DNA of 64,000 bases, taken from contig NW_024704743.1 of NCBI RefSeq assembly GCF_018977255.1, positions 53,508,001 through 53,572,000 of the forward strand, read 5' to 3'. A program made the translations under genes and the position numbers. Position 1 is the stretch's first letter. Each line of letters opens with the position of its first letter. Of this stretch, positions 11,604 to 24,086 are shown one piece after another. The notes beneath the pieces were generated by a model, which ran no database searches, was not told the DNA's origin, and saw nothing but the letters and a program-made list of their open reading frames with translations. Origin of the DNA: Callorhinchus milii. Lineage: Eukaryota.

Positions 11604-13172
11604 AAAGTGAAGTGTTTTCCTGGAGGAAAGTTGACAGCTGCAGAATCTGAATGTTGATAGTGGAAATGCTGGGTAAAATTTGGAGTTATTCCATATGTTT
11701 GCCTAATTCATTTACAACTGTTACGTCTTGAAGAAAGAATGATACATGCTCCTGTAGAATAGCCCAACATGACAGATTGAACAGCGGTACAACGAAGAAG
11801 AGTTTTCTTTAACTTAAGCATTCTTTTCCTAGAGTTACATAGATTGATATGGCACCAAATCATTTGGCCCAACTAGACTGTGCTGGTGTTTATAATAATA
11901 ATCCTTGCATTTGATATAGCACCTTTCACGTCTTCTAGATGTCTCAAAGCGCTTTTATGCTCCATACGAGCCCCCACCCCTCTAAACCCTACTAATCTTC
12001 TCCTCATGTATGCACAAAAGCCATTTCCGTATGCATTTGTTATACCATCTCTAATCAGATCTTGCTCTACCGTAGTCTCTTTTTTGTACAAAGAGTAACA
12101 TCCCACATTTTCTTTACCGATAAGCCTAGAACAGGTTCAGCTAAAAGACCTGGCTACTGTTTGTGGACTCAAATTACAACTTATTGCAACATAGGGCACA
12201 CATTCAGAATTGCTAGACCTTGACAATCAAGGCGGATAATACTCTTTCTTCAATCTCGCCCACAAAACAGCAGTCACTACACTTTATAGTAGATCCTTTT
12301 GAAGTGCTTTGAGACATCGTCCTGAAAGGTGCTTTTCCAAATGTAAGGATTATTATAATCATCTCACACTTATGTAAGAAACCATTTTTTAAGAAAAGCT
12401 GCTTTGAAACAAGACCAGTTCTTCAAAATGTCTGAGAAACACACTTTCCAAATCAAGTGTTGGACAAGTGGGATAACGTTAAATGTAACCCAGCATCACA
12501 ATAACAAAACTACATTTGTATCATCACCTGGCTGGTCAACATTCAGATTCTGCAGCTGTCAACTTTCCTCCAGGAGAGTTGACAACTGCAGTTCACTTCT
12601 TTGACCCTATAACCCCTCAGCTCATCTATGAGATCCACGGTACTTCGAACTTCCCCTCAACTATTCCTGTTCCTGTGGCATTGCTCAAAGTGCTCAAAAC
12701 AACATCACCTTTCTCAACTACCAGAGGCATATAGACCCTTTCATCAATGCCACTCAAAATGGGTAGTTGAGCAGCTGGTGGATTGCAAGTGGAATAGCTC
12801 GAGGCGAGGTCAAGGAATCTGTGGCATACATTGCTACCTTTTTTGGCAGAGGCAAAGAAGAACTAAAATTCTGAGCAGGAATAATGTTGCCTGAAACCTG
12901 AAGCTTACCAAAAATCTAAAACTGTCTCAAGTGACCGTACTATTTCATCTATTTGAGGTACTGCTGGACTCTACCCCGCTAAAACTGCGTAGCTTGCCAC
13001 TGGCTAGCAAGCCTATCTTCTGCTTGTCCAGCCTAGGACCACCCTACCTGTTAGGGTTGCAGGGTTAACAGAAGTTGAGTAGGAAGAGTCCTTGCCCTCA
13101 GTGACATTTAGGGTAATATATGTTGGGAGAGTTACCATGATTTAAATTGTACCCTTGACCTTTGATTTAGGC

Positions 13173-13382
13173 CAGTAGTAGCCAACCCATGGCCCGCGGG
13201 ACAAAAGTATCAAGACGTGGCCCACTGAATATTCACACCAGTCGAGGTAATTCTGTGTTGAATCAATACTTTGTTTCCAGTAGCTACCGAGTAGCGATAT
13301 TCACAGTGTAGCCATAAATCAAGAAATATTCAATCAAGAAAGATGTATTTGGTTAGCTGACCAAAAAGTTTGGCCACCACTG
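13173..13382. mobile_element. Non-autonomous hAT (Charlie-like) DNA transposon / MITE, 210 bp
   Basis: Imperfect TIRs CAGTAGTAGCCAAC ... TTTGGCCACCACTG; 8-bp TSD atttaggc (13165-13172) / ctttaggc (13383-13390). Confidence 0.75.
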
Positions 13383-13422
13383 CTTTAGGCTAACGGGCAA
13401 AACTGTGCTAAAATAATTGGCA

Positions 13423-14100
13423 TGTGTCCTCAGCCTTTATACTGCACTGTGTGTGTGTCCTCAGCCTTTATACTGCACTGTGTGTGTGTCCTCAGCCTCT
13501 ATACTGCACTGTGTGTGTGTCCTCAGCCTTTATACTGCACTGTGTGTGTGTCCTCAGCCTTTATACTGCACTGTGTGTGTGTGTCCTCAGCCTTTATACT
13601 GCACTGTGTGTGTGTCCTCAGCCTTTATACTGCACTGTGTGTGTGTCCTCAGCCTTTATACTGCACTGTGTGTGTCCTCAGCCTTTATACTGCACTGTGT
13701 GTGTGTCCTCAGCCTTTATACTGCACTGTGTGTGTGTCCTCAGCCTTTATACTGCACTGTGTGTGTGTCCTCAGCCTTTATACTGCACTGTGTGTGTGTC
13801 CTCAGCCTCTATACTGCACTGTGTGTGTGTCCTCAGCCTTTATACTGCACTGTGTGTGTGTCCTCAGCCTTTATACTGCACTGTGTGTGTGTCCTCAGCC
13901 TTTATACTGCACTGTGTGTGTGTCCTCAGCCTTTATACTGCACTGTGTGTGTGTCCTCAGCCTCTATGCTGCACTGTGTGTGTGTCCTCAGCCTCTATGC
14001 TGCACTGTGTGTGTGTCCTCAGCCTCTATGCTGCACTCTGTGTCCTCAGCCTCTATGCTGCACTGTGTGTCCTCAGTCTCTATGCTGCACTGTGTGTGTT
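13423..14100. repeat. 31-bp minisatellite (tgtcctcagcctttatactgcactgtgtgtg), about 21 copies, decaying to ~14280
   Basis: Directly visible tandem units with variable (TG)n length. Confidence 0.97.
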
Positions 14101-14351
14101 CTTCACTCCCTGAATTGCACTCCATTATATGCATTCCCCACTCACTGCGCGTATTCCTCACTTCACTCCCTGCGATGTACTGCGTGTGCTCTTCACTCCC
14201 TGCTCTGCACAGGACGTGTTATTCACCTTTGCACTGTCGGTAATCTTCATTCCCAGCTCTGCCCACACCTGTGGCACTGTTTTTTTTTGCGCTGAAAGTA
14301 AAACAGGGACCAGAGAACTTCCAAGTCCAGGAACAGACCTGTGGGCCGAGG

Positions 14352-14359
14352 TGACGTCA
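14352..14359. promoter_or_regulatory. Perfect CRE palindrome TGACGTCA in the putative promoter of the plus-strand gene
   Basis: Exact CREB/ATF consensus ~120 bp upstream of ATG 14476 in a locally CpG-richer patch. Confidence 0.55.
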
Positions 14360-14475
14360 ACCGGGGCCAGTGATGGAAGTTGTTAAAGTGTTGAGAGCCT
14401 CATGACTGCTGTGTCTCCTCGGCTTCCGCATACCACCAGTGAGGGCGAGATCCCCTCTCCCCACAGCACTGCACT

Positions 14476-14547
14476 ATGTCGCTCTTCCCAGTCTACTGCT
14501 GCTGCTGCTGCCGCCGCCGTCCATTGGATGATGATGACGGAGGGGAG
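14476..14547 (+). CDS. Uncharacterised 235-aa protein, exon 1 (MSLFPVYCCCCCRRRPLDDDDGGE)
   Basis: ATG at 14476, GAG|GTGAGT donor at 14548, phase 0. Confidence 0.8.
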
Positions 14548-16483
14548 GTGAGTGTTGCAAAGATTTCGGTGTTATGTAGTGTTTGTGCACAGTGTGAGAG
14601 AGTGAGTGAGTGTGTGAGAGGGTATACATCTATGGGATTAAACCGAGATCAGGAGTGTATGAGAAAAGTCGTGATAGAGTTTGGCTTCGGGTTGATTTAT
14701 ATTCCATACACAGATCGCTCCCCAGAGATGTTCTCTCAGACTCAGTAAGAACAATACCGGCCCTTTGGTCTCCATCCGCTCAAGATTCCTGTTGACTGAA
14801 AGTGACTTGGACTTCCCTCACCTCACCCTCGACTCCCCAAAGGATTTACTGGAATAGGAAGGCGATAGTCTGCTGTGTTTTTTGTCCACAGGCAGAGCAA
14901 ATCCGCCCTTTCATAGAAAATCTTCGGATGTGACTGCCCACTGCTGTAGAGGACCTTGAATCCTGCCCAGTTCCCTCAACTTTACTTTTATGTTTATCCC
15001 TTCTGTTGGAAGGGTTGCTGATCCAGTGCTTGTGCAATACAATTCAGTTTACAATTAGAATAATAATCCTTGCATTTGGTATATCACCTTCCACTTCAGG
15101 AGATACCAAATTCTTCATAGGATTTACTGTATAGTGATCGTGTCTTTTTGGAGACGCACAGGAATATATTGTTTACATTTTACTGAGGGGTACAAAAACA
15201 GGGTAACAGTGACAGTGCACTGTTGGCTACCGCGTTTCACCCACAAATATATAATCAATTCACTTTATAGTATATTCTGTGAAGCACTTTGAAAATTACA
15301 TTTGTATAGCCTCTTTCACGTCAGGAGGTGGCCCCAAGGCATTGGACAGTCAGTGTTTTGGACGCGAGCTCGGGATCGGGATCAGGGAGAGTGGAGGGCA
15401 GGGGGGGTAAGGAGGGTTGATCGAAGGTCAAAGAGGAGGGTCTTGAGATGGGTCTTCAAGGAGGCAAGGGAGGTGGCGAGGTTGAGGGACTGAGGGATGG
15501 AATTCCAGAGGGTGGGTCCAGAGTGGCAGAAGACCCACCCGCCAATATTGGGGTGAGCGAGGCGGGGGACGTGAAGAAATCCATTCTTAGCTTTTTTTCC
15601 CCCCAAAATGTTGCTAACATTGAGGATTTCCTCAGCAATTTACTTCCTTGGCAATTTTTTAATTGGCAATCATTCAGACATATAATTATGGGGTTATCCA
15701 TTAAACTGAAAGGTAGATTATTCCTTACATGATGAAATTAACCACCTTCAATTCAAACTCTTAAGGCTTAGCTGACTTCATGGGTATGGGTATTTTTTCA
15801 ATTCCTTTTTTAAAAAAAGATGAAATATGTGATAGTGTATTTGTGAAAAGACTGATAGGTGTGATGATTGTATGGTCCTAGTGTGACTAAGAATGTTCTG
15901 TGTCTTGCTAAATGCGAACCTAATGCATTTCTTGCACTGCATGCATTTCGCGACGTCATGAGGCCCCCCAGAAATGTAATTACCAAACAGTTGCAGAGGA
16001 TGCGGGGATGACATGCTATATTATATTATAATGCCGATGACTGATTTGCGTTGGAGTTCTGACTCATGGCATTTGATAATCAGTTTGCAGGCTTTCACTA
16101 ACCCCAAACAAGTGTAAAGTTGTAATATGGTTACCAGCAGTCACATACTGTGAGCTGGAGGTTGGCCTTGAGAAGAGTGTCTGACTCCAGCATATTCAGG
16201 TACTTCTTAATTGATGCATTACATTTCTAAAGTTTGAGGAGGGCCACAGACACGTAGAATGTTGCCGGTTGCTTTGACCACTGCGAGTTGGTAAAGGGAG
16301 CAGGTGGTATCAATCGAGAGATGAGTCCGTTTGGAAATGAGGGAAAGAGGAGGAGAGGGGGGATTGCCTTACATGAAAGTAAATTCTTTAAAGTACTTAA
16401 CACAAGTGTATTCTGGAAGTAAATGTATGTATTAAGGGGATATTTCTTCATCGTATTGCATTGATTTGTTTTACTGTTTGCAG

Positions 16484-16538
16484 AGAGAACGCCTGAGAGC
16501 TCCACAGTCTGTACGGCAATTACAATGTGCAACAGATG
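16484..16538 (+). CDS. Uncharacterised protein, exon 2 (RERLRAPQSVRQLQCATD)
   Basis: tttgcag acceptor, G|GTAAGC donor, 55 nt, bridges phase 0 to phase 1 exactly as needed; not in ORF track. Confidence 0.72.
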
Positions 16539-17304
16539 GTAAGCCAATTAAACATTTTGCTTGAAACCAAATTTCTGTTTTGTCATTGAACATACCTGGA
16601 CTTTCTTCCATGGTTGCGAAGTTTTTGACAAAAATCCGCTCAGCATGCTCCATCCAGCCTGCTCCATATCCCCTGCATGGCCCGCCTCACCGTCAGTGGT
16701 CGGGCCTTCAACTTCTCTGCCCACACCCTTTGGAACTCCATCCCATAGTCCCTTTATCTTGCTCTCTCCCTTGCCTCCTTCAAAGCACGTCTCAAAACCC
16801 TCCTCTTCGACCACGCATTCGGCCACCCTTCTACCCCTACCCTCCCTGCCCTCCACCTCTCCTGATCCCGACCTGCTGCTCAGGGACAAATCCCTGACTG
16901 TCCAGTGCCTTGGGACGTCCTCCCAGCATGAAAGGCTCTATACAAATGTAATGTTTTGTTGTTGTTGTACAATATGCTTTGACTCAGGCTTTTTTCTCTT
17001 TCTTTCATACATGCTTTATCCCCTGCGGGGAAAATTAAGCAGTTATTAGAAAGCCCCAAAAGAAGCCTTAAATCTTAAAATGTAAGATCATGCAGAAGTG
17101 AATTTGGATCCAATTTTCCTTCAATTCTTAAAAAGATCCTCCAAATTAAGAATTATATTATATTTGTGTGTTAACCTTTAAATTATAATTAAAAAAAGGG
17201 TCATTGATGATTGACAGTGGTACTGGAGAATTGGGCCCAAGACTACTTCTGCCCAGCTATCATGTTTGCCTTCACAGCCCATGGGTTTTGCATAAATTTG
17301 TTTT

Positions 17305-17965
17305 CAACAACAACAACAACTTGGATTTATATAGCGCCCTCCACGCCAGATGGCGTCTCAGAGCGCTTTACAGTAACGGATCCCGGGACCGAGCCAGGGG
17401 GAGGGGGAGGAAGGTGATCAAAGGCGCGGTCGAAAAGAAAGATTCTTCAGCAGAGACCTGAAAATGGGAAGGGAGGGAGCGAGACGAACGGAGTGATGAA
17501 GGCAGTTCGAGAGCCTCGGGGCATAGTGGCTGAAGGCATGGCTGCCAAGGGTGGAGCGGAGGACTCGGGGGACGAGGAGGAGGCCAGACCCGGAGGACCG
17601 AAGGCAACGGGTACTGTTTTGAGGAGGTCAGAGAGGTAGGGGGTTGCAGAGGAGTACAGGGACTTGAATACAATGGTGAGGATCTTGAAATCGATCCTTT
17701 CTGGGATAGGCAGCCAATGCAGTCTGGCAAGGACTGGGGTGATCGGGGAGTGGAGTTTTGTGCGGGTGACAATGCGGGAGGCAGAGTTTTGAATGATTTG
17801 GATTTTGTAGATGGGAGAGTGGCGAGGAAGGCGTTAGAGTAGTCCAGCTGAGAGGTGACAAAGATATGGACCAGGGTTTCAGCGGCTTTTGGGGGAGAGG
17901 TATTGGCAGAGACGGGCGATGCGTTGGAGGTGGAAGAAAGCGGTGCTGGTGAGGGACCGGATGTT
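17305..17965 (-). mobile_element. L2 LINE 3' fragment (others at ~15295-15590, 16650-16965, 21700-22300, 26270-26620, 29095-29575, 56890-57285, 63140-63680)
   Basis: (caa)n tail plus similarity to the 3' end of the long L2 at 50892-51600. Confidence 0.8.
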
Positions 17966-17997
17966 TCCGTAATGGAAAAATATCATTTGCTTCACAG

Positions 17998-18207
17998 CTG
18001 TGAGCATGAAGGATGGAAGAATCACTGCGAAGGTTGTAAATGTGGCTGATCTTGATCGATGTTTCGCTGACATTGTGAATACGTTCAATGATCAACAAGT
18101 AAATTACCTAACACTCTGTGAGTCCACACGACTGCTGAAAGAACATTGTCAATGTATATCTAGCGACATGCTTATCGACTGTATTAAGACACTCCAACAA
18201 GAGCACA
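17998..18207 (+). CDS. Uncharacterised protein, exon 3 (VSMKDGRITAKVVNVADLDRCFADIVNTFNDQQ...LQQEH)
   Basis: ttcacag acceptor, A|GTAAGT donor, 210 nt, phase 1 to 1; overlaps ORF 18000..18233. Confidence 0.85.
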
Positions 18208-20911
18208 GTAAGTACTTGTGGGTGTGGATGTGAGGTGAAAGGGAGAGAATTGCATATGTTATCTCAATAACAACAACAACAACAAATTACACTTGTTAGT
18301 GCCCTTCACGTCGGAAAGATATCCCAGTATCCCAGGGTGCTTAGATTGTTTATGAGGTGAAAATTGCGAGGTGAGACATGATCCTATCATTCGTGCTAAT
18401 TATTACATTTTTGAAATACAGTCAATTCACTTTACATTATATGCTGTGAAACACTTTGAGACATCTAAAAGATGTGATAAGCTGCTATATCAAATGTGGG
18501 ATTATTATTATCAACCCTAACTGCTCTGCTGATAGTAGATTTTTGAATGTGTTGTAATCCAAAATTAAGATTGTTTGAGCTGTTCCATAAAGTATATTTC
18601 TGTGTTTCCACGTCAAGCAAAGTTAGGAATGGCACTTATCAAGTTCAGTCTGATTGATGGGGAGGATAGTGCTCAACCTTTTCTTTTAGGATTTCTAATT
18701 AAATAGAAGCTTCATATATTCTTTCTGATTTTCCCCCTCTCCCATACCGAAGTACAGTGTCATGATGGCTGATGGGGAGAATAACTGTAGAGCAGGCCCT
18801 TTAAGACACTTTATATCCCAATGGCACTGCAGTGCATTTCGTTTCTGTGTAAACAAACCTCTGTAGGCTGATCCAAGTGTTCTCTTCCCTTTTGCTTGAC
18901 TTGAGGCACTTCCTCATTGCTACTTGTGGATAAATCTAAAGTGTCAGCTTGTGGGAGTTTATTTTCTGACAACAGTTTGTCTTTACTTCCTTAAATGGCC
19001 AGCACCAAAATATATTGTAGTTCCGACAAGCATTGTTCATCCAAATGTTTGTGGTTGAAGAGAAAATATCTTTGGAATCTGCCTTGAAAATATATTTGGC
19101 ACAAGTGGCTAACCTGCTGCAGCTTCCTCAAACACCTGAGGCCCAATATGTCAAACAAGATCAGCTACTAAATGGAAAGCCAGAGGGTGGGCCCTATATA
19201 TCCAGAATTCACCAGTTACAGTTCTTTCTGGAAATCTTACAAACAAGACCTTATTTTGTCCAATCATGTATCAAAAAGCATTGTGTATTCTGCTGCTTTT
19301 AAAATATCGACCTCAATGAAGAGATTGCAATTAAACTAATTCCCTCTTTTGGTAACTTGGATATACAGTACATGACTCCTCATTGATATCTCCTGTCATC
19401 CCTGTCCCTCTGAACTGAACACTTGCTCATAATTGGTGATTTCAACCTCCACCTTAACTCCCCTTGCATTAACCCCTCAGATTTCCACCACTGTTACGCA
19501 CTCTGAGACGCTACCCTGTATGGAGAGCACTATATAATTGCAAGTTGTTGTTGCTTGTTATTAGTTGCTTTGTTCAAAGAACGTGTTACACCCTACAAGC
19601 AAATTCTAGGTGTTCACTCGGGCAGGAGTCAAGGGTGGGAGTTGTAGATTATGATAACTACCTATTTTCATAATTGAAACAACAACAGCTTGCATTATAC
19701 AACACCCTTCACGCATGGTAGCTTCTCAGAGTGCTTAACAATGGGTTAGTTTGACGCTGAGCTAAAGAGAAAGAGGAGGTGGCTGTAGGGTTGAAGAGGA
19801 AAGTTAGAAGATAGTTTTTTGGCAGGGAAGCCTAGGTACAAAAGACACCAAACATTATAAATATATACTGCTTATAGTTATATATAGCTCCACTTGCAAC
19901 CAAAGGATCCAATATGGAGTGTAGATTTCAGTGATACCACTCACAAACCATTTAACATGCCATCAACACTGTGTGTACACCTTAAGCAAAACTACCATGC
20001 ATGTGTAATGAGCTTGTTTGGGTCATAGCTCATCAATGATAGAAGATCTTATCAAAGCTGCGCTAACTGAAAGGGTTTACTGTGTGATCCGGCAGATCCT
20101 CAAGTTATTGCAATCCAGCTGTCTTCTTTGTTCTTCAGTTTCATTTAATTGGCCTTCTTTCTTTTGTCTGGCATTTTTATTTATACTTGAAAGGCTTGAT
20201 GTTCACTTTGGCATCTTTATCTTGTTCCCACTGCTTGGCTTTGTCTGCGTGGGTGTGTGCATGAATGCGTACGGGCTTTGTGATGCAGAGAGCCACTGGG
20301 AGTCCGTGCGGCTGCTGGGAGTAACTGCAGCGCAAAACACAAAACTGCCATACGTGTGTAATGAGCTTGTTTAGGTCATAACTCATCAACGATTGGAAAT
20401 CCCCCGACACAACATATATGCCCATGACACTCCTACATGCAAGGTCTTTCTGGTGAGGTGTAAATCATGTCTCTACATCAATCGGTTATTGAGATCTTGG
20501 CTGACACACAGACAGGCGTTGTTTTATTAGTATAGATTATAAAATATTATAAAAAGAACAACATATTTACTAAAAAATAAACGAAATAAAATCACCCACA
20601 AAATACACAGTCAATCCACTTTACAATATATTCTGTGAAACAACGCGATAAGGCTCTATATTAAATGCAAGGAATATTATTATTAAAGTGTCAAATCCCA
20701 TAGTGCAAGATAGCACCACTGACATGAGTGAAGGAGAAGGCGTTGGATCACAAAGTAGTAATTTGATGACTCCAAATGAATTTTAAAGCTTGATTATTTT
20801 AGGTAGGAAGGAGGGAAGATTGAGGAATGCAGTGCGCTACACATTATAAGGCCTTTGAAAGGTATAAGAGAAGGAGGAAATAATAGTGAAACAACTTTTT
20901 TTCTTTTCTAG

Positions 20912-21282
20912 GTGGTTTTGCAGTGAATGTAGAAATGAAAGGCTACAACTTCTCACTTTCTGTAGAGTCCACACAATCAATTCCAAAGCAACTTCAGCAG
21001 GTACAACAGTGTGTGAAAGAGCTGTGTGCTTCCACTAAATCCATAATAGCAGCAGACCCCAAACTGCAGGAGATGATTAACTCAATGGTACAGTCAGAAG
21101 AAGAAAACCTTGAAAGGGTGAAGCTCGCAAGCAATACCTATCAGGACCAAACACGCTGTTTATCTAACATGAGGATGAACTTCAAAGAAATAAAGCGAGC
21201 CAAAGAGCTTTCAAATACCTACAGAGAAGCAGCCTACAGTGTGCTCAGAGATATGGCACAGGTGGCAGGGATAAACGTGTGA
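20912..21282 (+). CDS. Uncharacterised protein, last exon (GFAVNVEMKGYNFSL...MAQVAGINV*)
   Basis: Polypyrimidine tract + tag acceptor at 20911, phase 1, TGA 21280-21282; helical, protein-like composition. Confidence 0.88.
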
Positions 21283-21542
21283 AAATTCAGAACTGCTATA
21301 GAATATTTCTAAGGCTGTCACTAAAAAATACCGTGTTGATGATTGATGGTAACTGACTGTATTCGCAGCCAGCGCATTGTACATCTACTGGTCGAATGTT
21401 TTGATTCTTGCATTTATATAATTTAATGATCCATTGGCTTGTAGACGGGGGGATTGTGTCAATATTTGTGGACAAGATTTCAGTGAAAAACAAACTAATT
21501 GTTTATATTTGTCACTAAAACAAATCAACCCTGTTAGTTATT

Positions 21543-21548
21543 AATAAA
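21543..21548 (+). terminator. Polyadenylation signal AATAAA for the plus-strand gene
   Basis: Canonical hexamer ~260 nt after the stop, followed by T-rich sequence. Confidence 0.55.
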
Positions 21549-22355
21549 TCCTGAATATTGATTGACACGTTTTTATTTTTGATACATTTTTGTCATTAGC
21601 TTTTATGTGGCTTTTTGTGCACACCAAATGTCAGGAAGATTCTAGGTTTGAATATACATTAATGAACCATTATCTTTCAGATTATCTACCGACAAGAAAA
21701 TTACATTTGTATAGCTCCTTTCATGTTGGGAGGACAACCCAAGGCCCTGGACAGTCAGTTTCGGACCCAAGCTGGGGGTTGGGATTGGGGAGGGTAGACG
21801 GTGGGGGGGGGGCGCGAGCAAAGAGGGTGATTGAAGGAACGGTCAAAGAGCAGGGTCTTGAGATGGGTCTTGAAGGAGGCAAGGGAAAGGGCGTGGTGGA
21901 GGGACTGCAGGATAGAGTTCCAGAGGATGGGGGCAGAGTGGTTGAAGACCTGCCCACCAATGGGCGGGTGAGGCGGGGGACATGAAGCAGGCCGGAGCCC
22001 GCTGAGTGGAGGGAGCGAGCAGGTTGGTAAGGGGTTAGGAGGTCGCAGAGGTAGGGGGGGAGCAAGACGATGGAGGGCTTTGAAGGTGAGGACTAGGATC
22101 TTGAACTGTATCCATTGTGTGATGAGAAGCCAATGGAGTCAGGCGAGGATGGGGTGATAGGATTGTGGATCCTGGTGCGGGAGAGGACACAGGCTGCTGA
22201 GTTCTGGATGATCTACAGCCTGTGGAGGGAGGAGTTGGGGAGGTCAACAAGCAGGGAGTTTGCATAGTCAAGCCTGGAAGTTATGAATGTGTCTACGAGG
22301 GTTTCAAAATGGTGATTTTGAAGCACTTTATGGATTCAAAATCATAATCATATGC

Positions 22356-24086
22356 AACAACTGGATAGCATCTTGGAGCACTGTACATTGGCAGGATTGG
22401 ATGCCAAATAAGGGAGAAGCAGAAGGGTAGTTGAGAATAAACTTTGTAGTGAAGTAACTTTTTATATTTTTATTTTTGTTTAATTGCTTTCATTATCTCT
22501 GCTCAAACTTATTACTGTTTAGAAATCAATTCATAAATGTTGTGTTGAGCAATTAGCACAAATAAACATATTTGAATACTTTCCCATTGCTTCATTAGTA
22601 GTGTTAGTTTTTTTAGTTTCTCAGTATTTTTCCCTCAAAGGACAGTTTGACTGTAACTTAAAGTGATTGCAGTGGAATTGATGTAATTTGGCATTGTGTG
22701 TGTAAAAATCTGAAGCATATCAAATTCATCAAAACTGCAATGTAAGTCTTTGTGGCTGTATTCTACTTTTTTTTCCCTCTGACTACTTTGACAGAGAAAG
22801 AAGAATAAAGATGTACATTGCAATAAGGTAAGATTGTATTATTACAAAGATACTTTGTATTATCACAAAATTTACTGTCCCAATACTTTCAAGGCTTATA
22901 AGAATTAGGAGCAGGAGTAGGCCATTCGGCCCCTCTAGTCTGCCCCGCCATTCAATAAGATCATGGCTGATCTATTCTAACTGCACCTACTCGCCTTATC
23001 CCTATATCCCTTAATCCCTTTATCTACAAGAAATCTATCAATCTCAGTCTTGAATATGTTCAAGGACTGAGCATCTACAGCCCTTTGGGGTAGAGAATTC
23101 CATAAATTCACTACCCTCTGAGTGAAGACGTTTTTCCTCTACTCAGTGTAAAAGGGCTTACCCCTAATTTTAACACTGTGACCCCTGGTTATAGTTTCTC
23201 CAAACAAGGGAAAAAGTTTGGAAAAACAACTGGATAGCATCTTGGAGCACTGTACATTGGCAGGATTGGATGCCAAATAAGGGAGAAGCAGAAGGGTAGT
23301 TGAGAATAAACTTTGTAGTGAAGTAACTTTTTATATTTTTATTTTTGTTTAATTGCTTTCATTATCTCTGCTCAAACTTATTACTGTTTAGAAATCAATT
23401 CATAAATGTTGTGTTGAGCAATTAGCACAAATAAACATATTTGAATACTTTCCCATTGCTTCATTAGTAGTGTTAGTTTTTTTAGTTTCTCAGTATTTTT
23501 CCCTCAAAGGACAGTTTGACTGTAACTTAAAGTGATTGCAGTGGAATTGATGTAATTTGGCATTGTGTGTGTAAAAATCTGAAGCATATCAAATTCATCA
23601 AAACTGCAATGTAAGTCTTTGTGGCTGTATTCTACTTTTTTTTCCCTCTGACTACTTTGACAGAGAAAGAAGAATAAAGATGTACATTGCAATAAGGTAA
23701 GATTGTATTATTACAAAGATACTTTGTATTATCACAAAATTTACTGTCCCAATACTTTCAAGGCTTATAAGAATTTGGAGCAGGAGTAGGCCATTCGGCC
23801 CCTCTAGTCTGCCCCGCCATTCAATAAGATCATGGCTGATCTATTCTAACTGCACCTACTCGCCTTATCCCTATATCCCTTAATCCCTTTATCTACAAGA
23901 AATCGATCAATCTCAGTCTTGAATATGTTCAAGGACTGAGCATCTACAGCCCTTTGGGGTAGAGAATTCCATAAATTCACTACCCTCTGAGTGAAGACGT
24001 TTTTCCTCTACTCAGTGTAAAAGGGCTTACCCCTAATTTTAACACTGTGACCCCTGGTTATAGTTTCTCCAAACAAGGGAAAAAGT
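22356..24086. repeat. Tandem duplication, period 869 bp (22356-23217 and 23225-24086)
   Basis: Identical ORFs at 22635 and 23504; only two substitutions noticed by eye. Confidence 0.97.

Noticed and set aside
13423..14100. Array of metal-response elements (TGCAC in every unit)
   Set aside because: Units read TGCACTG, not the TGCRCNC consensus, in almost all copies
13417..14295. Cys-rich ORFs in three frames (metallothionein/keratin-like appearance)
   Set aside because: Translations of a 31-bp minisatellite; no splice or codon evidence
19033..19302. 89-aa ORF in intron 3 of the plus-strand gene as an extra exon
   Set aside because: No convincing splice-site pair, and exons 3 and 4 already join in phase
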